A DNA stretch of 58,167 nucleotides from Ancylonema sp. (lineage: Eukaryota), in assembly GCA_050230475.1 (NCBI GenBank), contig JBFLGF010000025.1:62001-120167 (forward strand), read 5' to 3'. The notes beneath the pieces were generated by a model, which saw only the letters and a list, made by a program, of their open reading frames with translations, made no database searches and had not been told where the DNA came from. A program made the position numbers and the translations under genes. Shown here piece by piece: positions 25,354 to 37,180 of the stretch. How positions within the stretch are numbered: the first letter of the stretch is position 1; the number at the start of each line of letters is the position of its first letter.

Positions 25354-25808
25354 TTTTAGCGTTGATACATGATTGGTGTGCGAGATTGCGTGGTTCTTTC
25401 CGTACAAGGGACTACGTCTCTCAGAGCTCATCAATGGCAAGTGTTGTGTTGGAAGAATAATATTGAATGGTCGGCATCGGGTAGGTATACCACGATGCCT
25501 CGTACAGATCGATAATCAACAAAGTGTGCCGACGGTCGGATCTACGGACCGTCGGCCTATCACAACACAACAACAGTCAGATCATGTCAACGGCACATGC
25601 CGGACAGTCTGACAAGACATAACGACTAGATGCGGCAACCGTCTAGAAACACACGTGCCCTAAACGGCATAATCGAAACGTCATGTTCGGGTGCCCGGAC
25701 ACAAGTCCGGCCCCTTAATACAAGCACACCCTAGAATCCTACCGGTTAACTAACCGGTAGCCCGGACTAGCATACTAGCAAGCATGGCTATCCGATATAA
25801 TTCCTACA
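25354..25808 (-). mobile_element. Solo LTR family A
   Basis: Reverse complement of LTR A with perfect 5-bp TSD GGTTC (25349-25353, 25809-25813). Confidence 0.93.
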
Positions 25809-26258
25809 GGTTCCGCCCCGTCCCTCCCCGAGATGTCGTCCGATTCCCGGAATGTCAGAAGATCTTCAAGATTCGGTACAGAATCTTTCAGTTGCCAAAA
25901 AAACAAACGGATCCGACGGACACAATCTCTCCAGTAACCATCAAAATATAGTTACTATGTTTGGGACGTACTGCCCGAAGTACCGGTTACTAGTAACTAC
26001 CTGCTAGGCACAGAAGGAGTTGTACTTAGTCGCATTTCGAGATTTCGTTTTTGCCAAGCGGGTCGCGGACGCGTGCCGGCTCGGAACCGGCTCGCGCGCG
26101 CTCCGGCTCGGAGCCGGGCTCGCAAATTCTGCGAGCGGAGCGGGACCCACCAAGCTCCTGTGAGAATCGGCTAGATACTTTGTTGTATTCAGAATATTCG
26201 TTAGATCGATTTTGTGGCAACATGCCTTCTTGCTAGATCTCTTAGCAAGTATTCGTTA

Positions 26259-26712
26259 GGGTGTTACTTAGTGTTCCTGAGCTCGGCTCGTGAGCTCAAT
26301 TACGCCGGCAATAACCGCGGGTACGGTTCGCTAGCGAATTCCTCTTGAGCTCGACCTCCTGAGCTCGCGGCGGCCGGCGAAATTATCGTGTTAGCTTAGT
26401 GTTCGTGAACTTTTGCCATGTCAGCATGGTTGCCCTTAACCCCGTTCAAGTGAAAATCGATGATTGACGTATCGGAATTTTGGCTTCACGCGATTGGCGG
26501 GTTTGAGCTCATGACCACGTTAGCACTCTTGAGCTCGACGCTCGAGCTCAGGGGCGGAAATGATTTATGAGCTCGAAGGAGCTCAGAAATCATTTCCGCC
26601 GACACTAAGCTACAGCGTCTGAGCTCGGAACTCCCAAGTTTTCCGGCGCTAGGCACATGGCGCACGGCACAATTGAGCTCAGGAGCGAGCTCAGACACAC
26701 TAAGTAACGGCC
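26259..26712. mobile_element. PIF/Harbinger (Tourist-like) MITE
   Basis: TIR GG(G/C)(T/C)GTTACTTAGTG extending into CTGAGCTC; TTA TSD on both sides; many internal GAGCTC motifs. Confidence 0.85.
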
Positions 26713-26874
26713 TTAGAACGATACATCCGACAAGGCATGTTTACTTAGACCAAGTTGCGGCCGCCATAATATCCAATTTGACTCTTTGCAATCAAGACTC
26801 GACTCTCTTGTATGGCATGTCGTGAATAAGTTTGATTCTAAAGATTGAAGCAGATTGGTGTAAAGAAGGCATCA

Positions 26875-27210
26875 TGGATGACGGTAACACTCACAGTGGT
26901 ATCGGAGCAAGATATACGATCTTGGATGGCGACCGCGTGCCATTTCAGGCATGGCGGTCGAAAATATGCGCAATTTTAGACAATGAGGATTGTTTAGAAG
27001 TGGGTGAGGGGACTGAGGTGGAGCCTAAGGAGGATGATGAGATGGAAGACTACAAGGAGGACCTGAAATTGTATCGAAAGAAATGAAAGCGCGCGGTCAA
27101 ACTCATCATGTCGCTCGTGAGCAACAACATCGCGCGTGGTCTCGAAAATTACCGGAAGGATCGGGATCCAAAGGGGATGTGGGACAAGCTGATTCAGGAT
27201 TATGATCAAG
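26875..27210 (+). pseudogene. Copia gag N-terminal fragment of a different family
   Basis: ILDGDRVPFQAWRSKICAIL...KRAVKLIMSLVS...DPKGMWDKLIQDY; one in-frame TGA; cut at 27211. Confidence 0.75.
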
Positions 27211-28485
27211 TGTCGTAGCGCTAGGGATCGGTTGTTATAACGGATACGCCCCCGTTGTAGCCGGTGGGTTAGTGGGTCTCCGCCTTAGCCGGGCGTTATT
27301 TCATATGTTATAGGGTTACATGTTCACCCGCGTATCGCGGGCCTGCAAGTCGGATCACGTCCGCTGGCCGCGAGTTATGATTGGCGTGGGGTAGATTCAT
27401 TCGTAAGCGTTACGTTTAGAGTTTTGGCGCTGATTTCGCACGTGGTGGGGTGGCTCGCCCACAGCACTAGAAGTAGGCCAGGAACAAACGGTGTACCCTA
27501 AATTTTGCGATAACTTCCCGGAACCTTTAGTGTCTCCTCGCACGTGTCTTGTTGTGTGATATGCTTGATACCGCTGCGCTGTGCTGCATTTAGGTTGGCA
27601 GGAATACCCATTAGCCCGATAGGTCGTCAGCTCACGGCGCTCCTAGGCACCCAACGGCTTCTATTGCCTTGGATAGTTTATCGAGAACGGTAGTTTTATC
27701 AGTTGGGTCTGAGCAAGTGCGTAGAGCCCAGCCGCGACATACATGACGTTTGAATGTCATGGCGTCGTAGTACCGGTGGTCGTTTAGGGCGCAATTTGTC
27801 AGACGGCAATCTGGAGTCGGAGTCTGCAGATTCGGCAACTGACTCCCTAGCTGAACTACCAGACATCAAATCTCCGCGGGTGATACTACAAAAATATCAA
27901 ATTTTAGAAGAAGAAGAATCTGAGGACATGGGTGACACCATCAAACTGTATAACGGGGAGATTGGCAGCCACCAGACTCACAACTGTCCGGGACCTGTAC
28001 TACAAAGTTTGCGTGCGACCGAGACGCGTGAAGAAGTGCTACGGGGAAATAGGGTTCCTCAACTATGATCTGGCACCTTTCCTGGGAAACGACGCCCGCA
28101 AAGTGCTGGCAACACATGTCGTAGAGCGAATTGCAGTCTTTCCACCGGGACATGCAGATCAACAGCAGCAGGCGGACAGAGCTGCTGCCCGTGCGGCTTG
28201 GATACGAGACCGGAGAGAAGAGGCAAATCCTCCGGATCCAGCACATCCACCGAACCCTCCTCTTATCGTCGAGCCTGACGACATTGAGTCCTTCTTTACT
28301 GCCATTCGCATGCGTTTCATCAGCGATGTGACCGGGGTGTTCTACCGGATCCGGAATTTTCAGCCGGACCCGGAGGACTCCGTGCATACGATTTTCAACA
28401 ATATCGATGACGATGCCGCCGCGTGTGAGCAATCCGGGAGGATTTTGCCTAGAGAAGGGGTCCTGAGGCTCTACAACGCGGTGCC
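27211..28485 (+). mobile_element. 5' end of Ty3/Gypsy-like element: LTR (about 27211-27739/27759), PBS-like TGGCGTCG at 27760, gag-like ORF from 27929
   Basis: TGTCGTAGC...GCCGCGACA inverted termini; gag-like FFTAIRMRF..RIRNFQPDPEDSV; interrupted by LTR A at 28486. Confidence 0.55.
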
Positions 28486-28997
28486 TGTAGGAATTATATC
28501 GGATAGCCATGCTTGCTAGTGTGCTAGTCCGGACTACCGGATAGCGTAACCGGTAGGATTCCTAGGGTGTGCATATATTGAGGGGCCGGACTTATGTCCG
28601 GGCACCCGAATATGACGTTTCTATTGTGCCGTTTGTGGCACGTGTGGTCTAGATGGTTCCGGATCTAGACGTTATGTCTTGTCAGACTGTCCGGCATGTG
28701 CCGTTGACATGATCTGACTGTTGTTGTGTTATGATAGGCCGACGGTCTGCAGATAACGACCGTCGGCACACTTTGTGATTCTTGTTTTGGACGAGGCATC
28801 GTGGTATACCTACACGATGCCGACCATTCAATAATAATTCTTCCAACACAATACTTGTCATTGTCATCTTTGAGAGACGAAGTTCCTTGTACGGAAAGAT
28901 TCACACGATCTTGCACACCTATACGTAACATCCTAAAAGGTTATGGGCCCACAGGCGGTCTAGTTAAAGACGTTCCACGCGATTCGCTGCTAAGAGC
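28486..28997 (+). mobile_element. Truncated family A Copia: 5' LTR (28486-28938), intact PBS and start of leader
   Basis: Matches 18486-19018; PBS GGTTATGGGCCCAC. Confidence 0.92.
28939..28952 (+). promoter_or_regulatory. Primer-binding site complementary to the anticodon arm of initiator tRNA-Met (half-tRNA priming)
   Basis: GGTTATGGGCCCAC directly after the LTR is the reverse complement of GUGGGCCCAUAACC. Confidence 0.85.
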
Positions 28998-29360
28998 TAG
29001 CCTAGTGTGCTAGTAGCGAGTGTGAGTTCTTGTACCGCGACTTGGGTCGCTCTAGGGAGAGCTAGAGCCCTTGTAGAGTTTCGCTATTGTTATCTCGAGT
29101 GTTGATCGCTGATAGCGACTAGTTCTTGTATGCGACTTCAGTTGCTCGTTTAGAGCGATACTCATTGTCCCACATTTGTAGTGAAGTCGCTAGCCGAGAT
29201 TTCACTACAATAGTTCGAGTTAGGATTGATTGAGGATTTCTCACTCCTAACATCTCATGTACTCACATACTTTTTATACACTTTTCCCATCGTGTCATTT
29301 CACTTTTGTGAGTATCAAACTAGATCCTTTCCCCTCCCGGGTCTAACAACTTTCGTAGCT

Positions 29361-30600
29361 GGGGGGGGGGAGTGAGATCCAGATGATGACCAAAGGCCCA
29401 ATCCTGCTGCTGCTCATCCAAACAAGCAGCCAAGTCATCCACAGACATCCGTCATTTTCATCGACGCAAAATATTATAAAAAGTCAAGTTTTGCAGATTT
29501 TTCCAAAATGTGTCGATTTCTTTGTTTTTGAGAGATTTCGTCGACAGGCTGTCTGCCGACTCCATCTGGAACGTCAGCTGTCATATCGCTAGATATCGTT
29601 AGAAAGTAAAATCTTTCTAATTGTTGATCCGCTTGAAAAATAGCAATTTTGGTCATTGTCGATTTTTAGTCGTTATATTGAACTCTGTCGTTATATGAGT
29701 TTCAATCAGTCAGACGTTTGATTTTATAATTTTGTTACACTCAGTCAATCTAGAAAAGTCGGTGTACCACTTTTTAGATTTTAATTCGGGGTATTTTGTC
29801 GTATCGACGAGTTAGAAATTTCCCAGTGCGCGCCGAGCTTTATCTCAGTCAGCCAGCCTGGCGTTTGAACCGCCGCACGTGTTAAATCTAGAACTCTATA
29901 ATAGACAGTCACGATTAGCTGTCTAGTCGATTTTTTTTTTCTACCATACATCAAGATAAGATCTAGATTACCGCGAGTGTGAAACGGCGCGTCGATTGTA
30001 CTAAAGCCTAAGTCGCTTTCTGAACTGCCAGCTTCCGCTGCCAGTTTACGCTGTCTGAATTTCAACAACTCTTTGTGCAATCGCCATCTTTGCAATCTCT
30101 GTGAATGTGTATCCTGCAATCGCCAACAATCGTTATCAAGTGTGCCGTTTCGCCTTGATATTCTCTGTGAATTTCTGCAAACTTCCGTCGCTCCATTTAG
30201 CCGTAAGTTGTGCGAAATTGCCTGTTTGCTTGTGCGTGGTGTCGCATCTCAAGTAGTACAAAAAGTCGTGTGCCGTTTTTCATACGCATCGTGTGAAATT
30301 CTGCCGTAGTCAAAATTATCGTTACCCTCGCAAAATCGTGACCCTTGCAAGTCGTTGATTGTCAGCCGTTTTGTTGACGTCAAAAATCGTTACAATTAGC
30401 TGCACCGTTTCGTGCGAGCTCAGTCAGACAATTCACCCTTTGAATTGTTTGCACCCCTTCCAAGTTTCTTAGTGAATCGTTTTATTCACGACAACGTTTG
30501 ATTTCCGAAACCAATAGCGAGTGCGCACCCGTCGCAACCAACTATCATTCATTTTGCACCCTTGTAGGAATTCTATAGCTATTTGCCTTGCGTTCTCTTT
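29361..30600 (+). mobile_element. PPT followed by probable Gypsy-type LTR
   Basis: G10-AG|TGAGATCC at 29361-29373; non-coding TCGA-rich sequence follows; right end uncertain. Confidence 0.4.
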
Positions 30601-30659
30601 ACTCGTAGTTGTCACCTGTTGTGAAGTGCGATAACCTGCAACGCCTGATTAACCTTAGT

Positions 30660-33600
30660 GTTGTTTCTAGACCTCCCACCACTAAGCGTTGTCCAATCGA
30701 ATGCATCCTACCCGCATATATCTCAGCCGCATCTTCGACCATCGACATTGACTAACGGGTCATTCCCAGCCACTCCGCAAGTGGCGCTGTACTGCACCAA
30801 TCACAGGTTAAACCGACTGTGCCTTTCGCCGGGCCGCCCGCAGACCGGACGCCCGCATAGTAGTACGGCTAAACAGCCCTACCGCAGACCGCATGCTAGC
30901 GGCGTCAACCGTAACCGGGTCATCCCCGGCCGGGACCGTACGGAACACACGTGCCGCACGTGCGACTAGAATAAGTATGACAGTTGTCGTACCTATAAAA
31001 ATCGTGTACGGCCACACGTGTGAACACCACACCATATAAGCACACCGTAAAGCTCGTGCATACAACAAAAGCTAAGCCATCGTACATGCTATCCCATAGC
31101 TACGCCATCTCCCTAGGCACACTCCGTACTCGCATAGTCGCGCCTAGGCGGCATGCAACTATCGAGCACCGCTCCTCACAACCGCGCCTAGACGGCATGC
31201 AGTTATCACAAATTATTCATCCGTCACGCGCTTCAAATTTGTGCTCACTCCCCCCCCCAAGACGAGGAAAAGCTCCCGCGCCCCCGGCGGAAAACGTTTT
31301 TTTTTAAAAAAAAATGTGCAAACCCTTCCACAATTGTATAGGAATTGTGAGAGCACCTACTCCTCCAAGATCTTGGTGGGTGAAGGAGTGCAAGCCCCTC
31401 ACCCCACCTTATCTAGAGGAGTTGGTCTTTTGTTCCCCACGCCCATAAACAAGCCCCGCAAGCAAGTTTGTTGGTGCATGTACCGCCAAAGGTGATTTTT
31501 CACCAGGGTTCATGGACTCCAACGTTCTCAACGTCGTCCAGTTCCGCCCCACCAGAAAACCCTTGAGTTTTCTAGATCCTCAAGTCCCATGACTTGTCAC
31601 CTCTTTCTTTCAAGAAGTTGATGAACCCTCAATGTGCCTTTTTGCACCAATATTTTGATGGCACTACCAAAGACCTTAAGTGCAAACCAATACCTGTTGG
31701 CTATCACCCAATGCTTTTAAGCATTAAAACATATGCTCACAAGAATGCCACCAATGCTTTAAAGCATTGAACCAATCTATTAGCATTCACACACTCCTCA
31801 GTATAAATTCAACCCATACTAGTGTGTAGACCTAGAAAACCTCTTAAGTTTTATAAGTTACCAAGTCAAATTTGACTTATAATCGTACATCACTTGTGAA
31901 GCCAGTTGACACACTTCTACACGAAGTTGTCCCATAAACTCTGTATTTATGTAAATATTATTTGGACTTGTTTTAAAATCATGTTTGACTTTGTAATTGT
32001 TATGTTATCCATCTCACATGTTTATTGGGTTTGCCAATGTATATAGTTCCGTTGTAAAAGATGATAACTAACTTCCTTAGTGTCATATTTCCGTTATGGG
32101 AAATTGAGTGTCACACTTCATATAGAAAGTTGACTATTGCTCCTTTCTTTGGAATCTTGGACGTCTATGGCACGGGATATGCTCGTCCATAGCACATATG
32201 TAATTTGTTGATACCAAACTCACATCATCTCGCTCATCTTCATTGACTGAGTAAATTGAGATTAGGTAAGTGTCTCACTTCTCATGGAAGTTGACCAATC
32301 ATACTTCCTGCGGAAAGTTGATTATTGCCCCTCATGGAGGTCTTCGATGCCTCCGGCAAAGGCCTAAGCCAATCCATTGCATATAATGCACCTCATGGAG
32401 GTCTTCAATGCTACACATGGAGGTCTTCTTTGCCCCTCGTGGAGGTCTTCGATGCCCCTCATGGAGGTCTTCAATGCCTCCCATGGAGGTCTTCAATGCC
32501 CCGCATAGAGGTCTTCAATGCCCCACATGGAGGTCTTCAATTCCCCTCATGGAGGTCTTCAATGCCCCACGTGGAGGTCTTCAATGCCCCTCATGGAGGT
32601 CTTCAATGCCTCCGATGGAGGTCTTCAATGCCCCACATAGAGGTCTTCAATGCCCCACATGGAGGTCTTCAATGCCCCACATGGAGGTCTTCAATGCCCC
32701 TCATGGAGGTCTTCAATGCCCCACGTGGAGGTCTTCAATGCCCCTCATGGAGGTCTTCAATTCCCCTCATGGAGGTCTTCAATGCCTCCGTTAAAGGCCT
32801 AAGCCAATCCATTGTACATCTGTGATATGGAACACCATTATCACTTCATCCCTCTCATGCAATGTATCCGATGTTTTATTGCATGGTTCCGGTGTGGGGA
32901 TATGCGCGCAAGCACAATGCTCTTTCATGCAATGGTTCCGATGTTACATTTCATGGTTCCGATGACGAGTCTTTAGTTCACTTCACCATATGGTAAGTAG
33001 CGCCATCCCCTTCATATCATTGGTTCCGCTGTTACAATGCATATGGTTTGGATCTTGAGATGCTTGCCTAGTTCCGCATTGGTAAGTAACTCATTATTAA
33101 TAGCGTGCTCCCTCATTGGAGTATTATATGTCGCCGGCAAAGGCATAGCCCATCCATTTCACATCTGTGATATGGAACACCATTATCACTTCATCTCTAT
33201 CATACAATGGTTCCGTTGTTACATTGTATGGTTCCGATGTAGAGATATGCCCGCAAGCGCATCACTGCTCTTTCATACATTGGTTCCGCTGTTACAATGT
33301 ATGGTTCTTATGTAGAGTCTTTAGTTTGCTCCCCCCACCATGGAGTCTTTGTTAGTTGTTAGTGTTATAAATCCGTATAGGTTATATATACACCCCATAA
33401 CCCCTCTAGATTCATAACTATGCCCGTAAGCATAACTTCCTTCATACCATTGGTTCCAATGTGACAATGCGTATGACAATGCGTATGACAACGTATTTAC
33501 TACCTCCATTGGAAGTAGTTGCTTTGTTAGTCGTGTTATGGTCTCTATAGGTTTTGAATGTAATCCGTAACCTTTCTAGACTCATAACTATGCGCGTAAG

Positions 33601-33900
33601 CATTGAAGCAATTGTTGCTTATTGTTATAATCTTTTAAGGTGATTATGGAGTCACCGATATCCCCTCTAGATTTATAACGATGTTGGGTGTCAAATCAAA
33701 CATCTACCCTCATACCACTGGTTTAGACAATGGCTATGACTCATATTTCCACCCTGGAAATTGACCTGTCACACTTCCATATTGGAAGTTGACCCGTCAT
33801 GCTTCCATCTTGGAAGTTGACCTATCACACCTCCATTAAGGAAGTTGATTTCCCATAAGTTATACAATGATTATTTATAATGAATCTATTGGGTCCCACC
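30660..33900 (-). mobile_element. 3' end of Gypsy-like element: long repeat-rich non-coding region, PPT (31248-31258) and 3' LTR
   Basis: Minus strand GGGGGGGGGAG|TGAGCAC; LTR part similar to 10330-10920; upstream region holds tandem arrays. Boundaries approximate. Confidence 0.45.
32327..32790. repeat. 22-bp minisatellite GCCCC(T/A)CATGGAGGTCTTCAAT, 18 tandem units (32388-32783) plus one detached unit
   Basis: Direct count; the array is bracketed by a repeated AAAGGCCTAAGCCAATCCATTG. Confidence 0.95.
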
Positions 33901-34719
33901 CTAAACAGATTATGGTGCACTTGTTTTTTTTTTCCAAGTCACCCTTCCCTTGTAAACCATTGGTTTTGACAAAAAGAAGTATTTTGTGATTACCCTCACT
34001 CCTTCGTAGGGTAACTCACTTGGTGTTTGGGACAGGTTTAACCTTCCCCTCACCTTTCCAAATTTAGGCCAATCACCCGATTGTGTCCCGAGACGCCCAC
34101 GTTGCACACGTGCACGTGCACGTGCACCTCGAGGTACAGAACCTGCATCGATGTTAGCAGATAAGTTCATGTTCATTGGTGCTGGCCTTGGTTGCGATGC
34201 ATCGACGGGTGGTACGCCTTTGCGACGCCTGCCCCCACTTTCTGAACCCCATCCCCCTGTGGCCCTCGTGAGGGTTCCCTTCCACAGTCCACAGTCCACA
34301 GTCCACAGTCCACAGACATTGAAGACAAACTCTTAAACCCTGCACGGATACGATCCTACGCACTCAGCACGTGTCTGCCCCTACAAGAGGGGGGAGGAGA
34401 GGGACTACCCCCTTACAGCAAACCCCCCCGTTACATAATTACGCGCACCCCAGACTTATGATCTGTACAGCTGTGTAAGAAACGTTGTGAAGGCCTGGCT
34501 ACTCGAACTACTCCTCCTTCTGAACCCTAAATCTCATTATTTTTGGGTTGTTTTCTGTGATACCCGGGGAGCAGTCGGGAAACAATATCATTATTATGTT
34601 GTTTATGTGCATGTCGTACATAACGTTGCTTTTCTTATTGATCTTCTTCATGATATTACTAAACATAGTAGTATACTAATAGTATCAATACAAGAGATGT
34701 TTAGGATATTATTAGAAAA

Positions 34720-34885
34720 ACAGAAATTGATATTATTATTACAAATTTTATTATGATTATATTCAGTATTATCATTATAACTATGATGATGATGACGAAA
34801 ATTATTATTATAACTACTATTATTGACACTGTACTGCTATTCTTATTAGTATTATTATTATTATCATTTCTATCATTATTAATAC

Positions 34886-34930
<45 letters not shown>

Positions 34931-34985
34931 TATTATAAGCATTGCTACTACTACTACTATTATTCCCAGCATTATTATTATTTTT
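34720..34985. repeat. (TAT)n-rich microsatellite in IMP4 intron 2
   Basis: Visible TTA/CTA runs. Confidence 0.9.
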
Positions 34986-35041
34986 ATATCACTAAAACTA
35001 TTAATATAGTTTCATAGTTTTTAATCAACAGAGGTACTTAC

Positions 35042-35684
35042 GGGCAGTGAGCTCATCCTCCAGCTGAATTTCTTCATTCAAAGCATTGGCCTCCTGCCGC
35101 AGCTCGGTCGGGATGGGCTTCCCCTCTGCGCCAACGGAAAACAAATGAGAGAAAGAAAACAAAAAAAAAAACGCTGATTCGTTCGTTCATCTCCTTCCAA
35201 GCCCGTACCTTGTACGGCAACGCCACGGTCTCGTAATGAAATTATGAAATGAGTTATGAAATGATGACGACCTCGTACTGAAATTATTTTCCTATTTTAT
35301 TCGGCAGTCACTCGACTCCATCATGATGTGAACCACCTGTTCAAATTTTCTCTGTCTCGTTCCGACTGGGAGTTAATGCCGTTCCTGAAACTGCACGGGC
35401 TCTTCACAAAATTTCGTTTCACAAATCCAATGAGTTTAGAGTGGAGGGGAAAACGGCGATTGTGTTTTCGATTACAGCCAAAGCACTTGATAAGTGTAAG
35501 GAGCGGATCGGTCGGGTCTGACATACAAACCGACGGTCGGATTCGGGGTTCGGAATTTATGACGGGTCGTACCGTCAAGCGCCTATCTAATTTTTCGCTT
35601 CTTCTCGTATATCGCCCTCTCTTTCCCCTCCAAGCTTTTCCGATACAGATACTCTCGCCGCAGTCGAGCATTTCTTCGTATCAT
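35042..35684 (-). pseudogene. IMP4: U3 snoRNP protein IMP4, first two exons only, in-frame TAG at codon 34
   Basis: Exon 1 35684-35573 MIRRNARLRREYLYRKSLEGKERAIYEKKRKIR*ALD; exon 2 35125-35042 EGKPIPTELRQEANALNEEIQLEDELTA; GT-AG phase 1 intron. Brix-domain exons not found. Confidence 0.88.
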
Positions 35685-35739
35685 TGGTCAGATTCTGCAG
35701 AAAATGTACACGCGAAACTGAGCGGAACACTGTGGGTAG

Positions 35740-36748
35740 ATGATTTTCAGAAACGCAGAAGACGGCGTACTCTCGACGTACTTTCGGCGCACTTTCGCAG
35801 TAATGTATGCCGGAGGTTCTGTGCATCGACAAGAGCAGCTTCAACTTGACCTGCTTAACCTCATGGCATTGGAGGACCACCCCAACATCGATCGATACGT
35901 CAACACCATGCTCCAATACACCTAGCTCACCCCGATAAAGCAACTCTACATCATCCTCACCAGTTCATTTCATGAGCCTCACCACATGACCTTGCCATCG
36001 ATCGAAGCCATCCGAACTCAGGCTACCTCGGATCGAGTAAAGAAGGAGAAGGCGGACAAAGAAAAACTCACCGCTGAACTCTGTGCTTTACTTCGGCAGG
36101 AGTGGGAAGCAGAACGGGAAGCCGACCGCATCCTAGCTGCCGAGGACAGTGCACCTGTGGACGAGCCAACAGTCGACAACGTGGACGCAAAATTGCGAGC
36201 GGGCCGTCAACGTGAAATCGACAACCTGGCCGAAGATCTGCAACACGCCAACACCACTATCTTCAACCAAGCTGCAGCATTACGGGCGAAGGAAGATGCC
36301 ATCGCCGTCTACAAAGCGGAGAAGAAGAAGGGCAAAGAAAAGGCTGACCCTCTCGTGAAGCTCGAACTTTCGGACTCTGACTCCAGCGACAGCATGAAGA
36401 ATGTTCCACGTGCGGAATACGAGCATCGAACCACGGTCACCATTGGCGATAGAAAACCAGTCCGGAGTCCACGCGCGGAGTTGTAGCGTCTTGTACATTG
36501 ACAGAGGTTCACACTCCGCTGACGCCTCAGCCCATCCTGGTGTACCATACCGTTCCCCTGCGGTCCCCACCACCGACACTCCCCAAGGCCCAACCTTTAG
36601 TGACCCTCTTATCCCCATCCTTTCCCCACAGCACAATGCAATCCAGTTTGCTCAATACCAGACAGTAGTCAACGCTATGGCGACGGCTGTACAACGCCAT
36701 TTGGCACTCCAAATGGGGGCGGCTGCAAATACGTCCCTAGCAAGCTAA
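35740..36748 (+). pseudogene. Decayed TE-associated ORF, charged/coiled-coil-like, upstream of DNMT-like domain
   Basis: 35740-35925 and 35986-36486 are one frame separated by a single TAG; E/K/A-rich helical composition; no family recognised. Confidence 0.45.
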
Positions 36749-36767
36749 TTGCAATCCACAATAGCTA

Positions 36768-37179
36768 TGATGGCAAAAATCCGGAAGATGGCCGACAATG
36801 ATGGCCGAAGCCGGAAATAATGTTTTGGTTTTGGTAATAATGGTTAACTCGGAGAGCGCAATACATGAGTTGATAGGAATGCTCTACAGGCATTCCTATG
36901 GACTAGATATAGGAAAATCGACCCTAGTCGACTCTAAGATCAATGTGGGATAACTAACTCAAAGTCGGCTAAGTACACAACAAAATCTCGGTAAAGACAC
37001 AACAACTTGAGCTAAGGACACATCAGAATACTCCCCAAGGGCCAGGCGGCCGCTAGGGACACAACTCTCACTATATAGGGGCAGAACTCGCTATAGGGCA
37101 AACTGGGCTAGTAGCGCTCTAGCGCTAAGTGTGGGGACCTCGCTAGGGAGCCCTAGTGATTGTAGTGAGGGTCCTAACA
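36768..37179. mobile_element. Probable solo-LTR-like insertion
   Basis: Non-coding CTAG-rich block, TG...CCTAACA, interrupting coding-like sequence; no clean TSD. Confidence 0.4.
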
Positions 37180-37180
37180 C

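Noticed and set aside
32388..32783. CRISPR-like array, or repeat-protein ORFs
   Set aside because: Units are contiguous with no unique spacers, no cas genes are present and the context is eukaryotic; the ORFs arise only because the 22-mer lacks stops.
34460..34560. Acceptor-like site giving NPKIM as IMP4 exon 3
   Set aside because: Lacks HIDDEY and TTSR motifs and hits stops quickly.
5939..35684. Complete TAA/TAG=Gln genetic code as a settled conclusion
   Set aside because: PYRP2 terminates on TAG at the expected position, no in-frame TAA occurs in the host genes, and TE TAGs also fall on Trp and Tyr positions. Kept only as a testable hypothesis.
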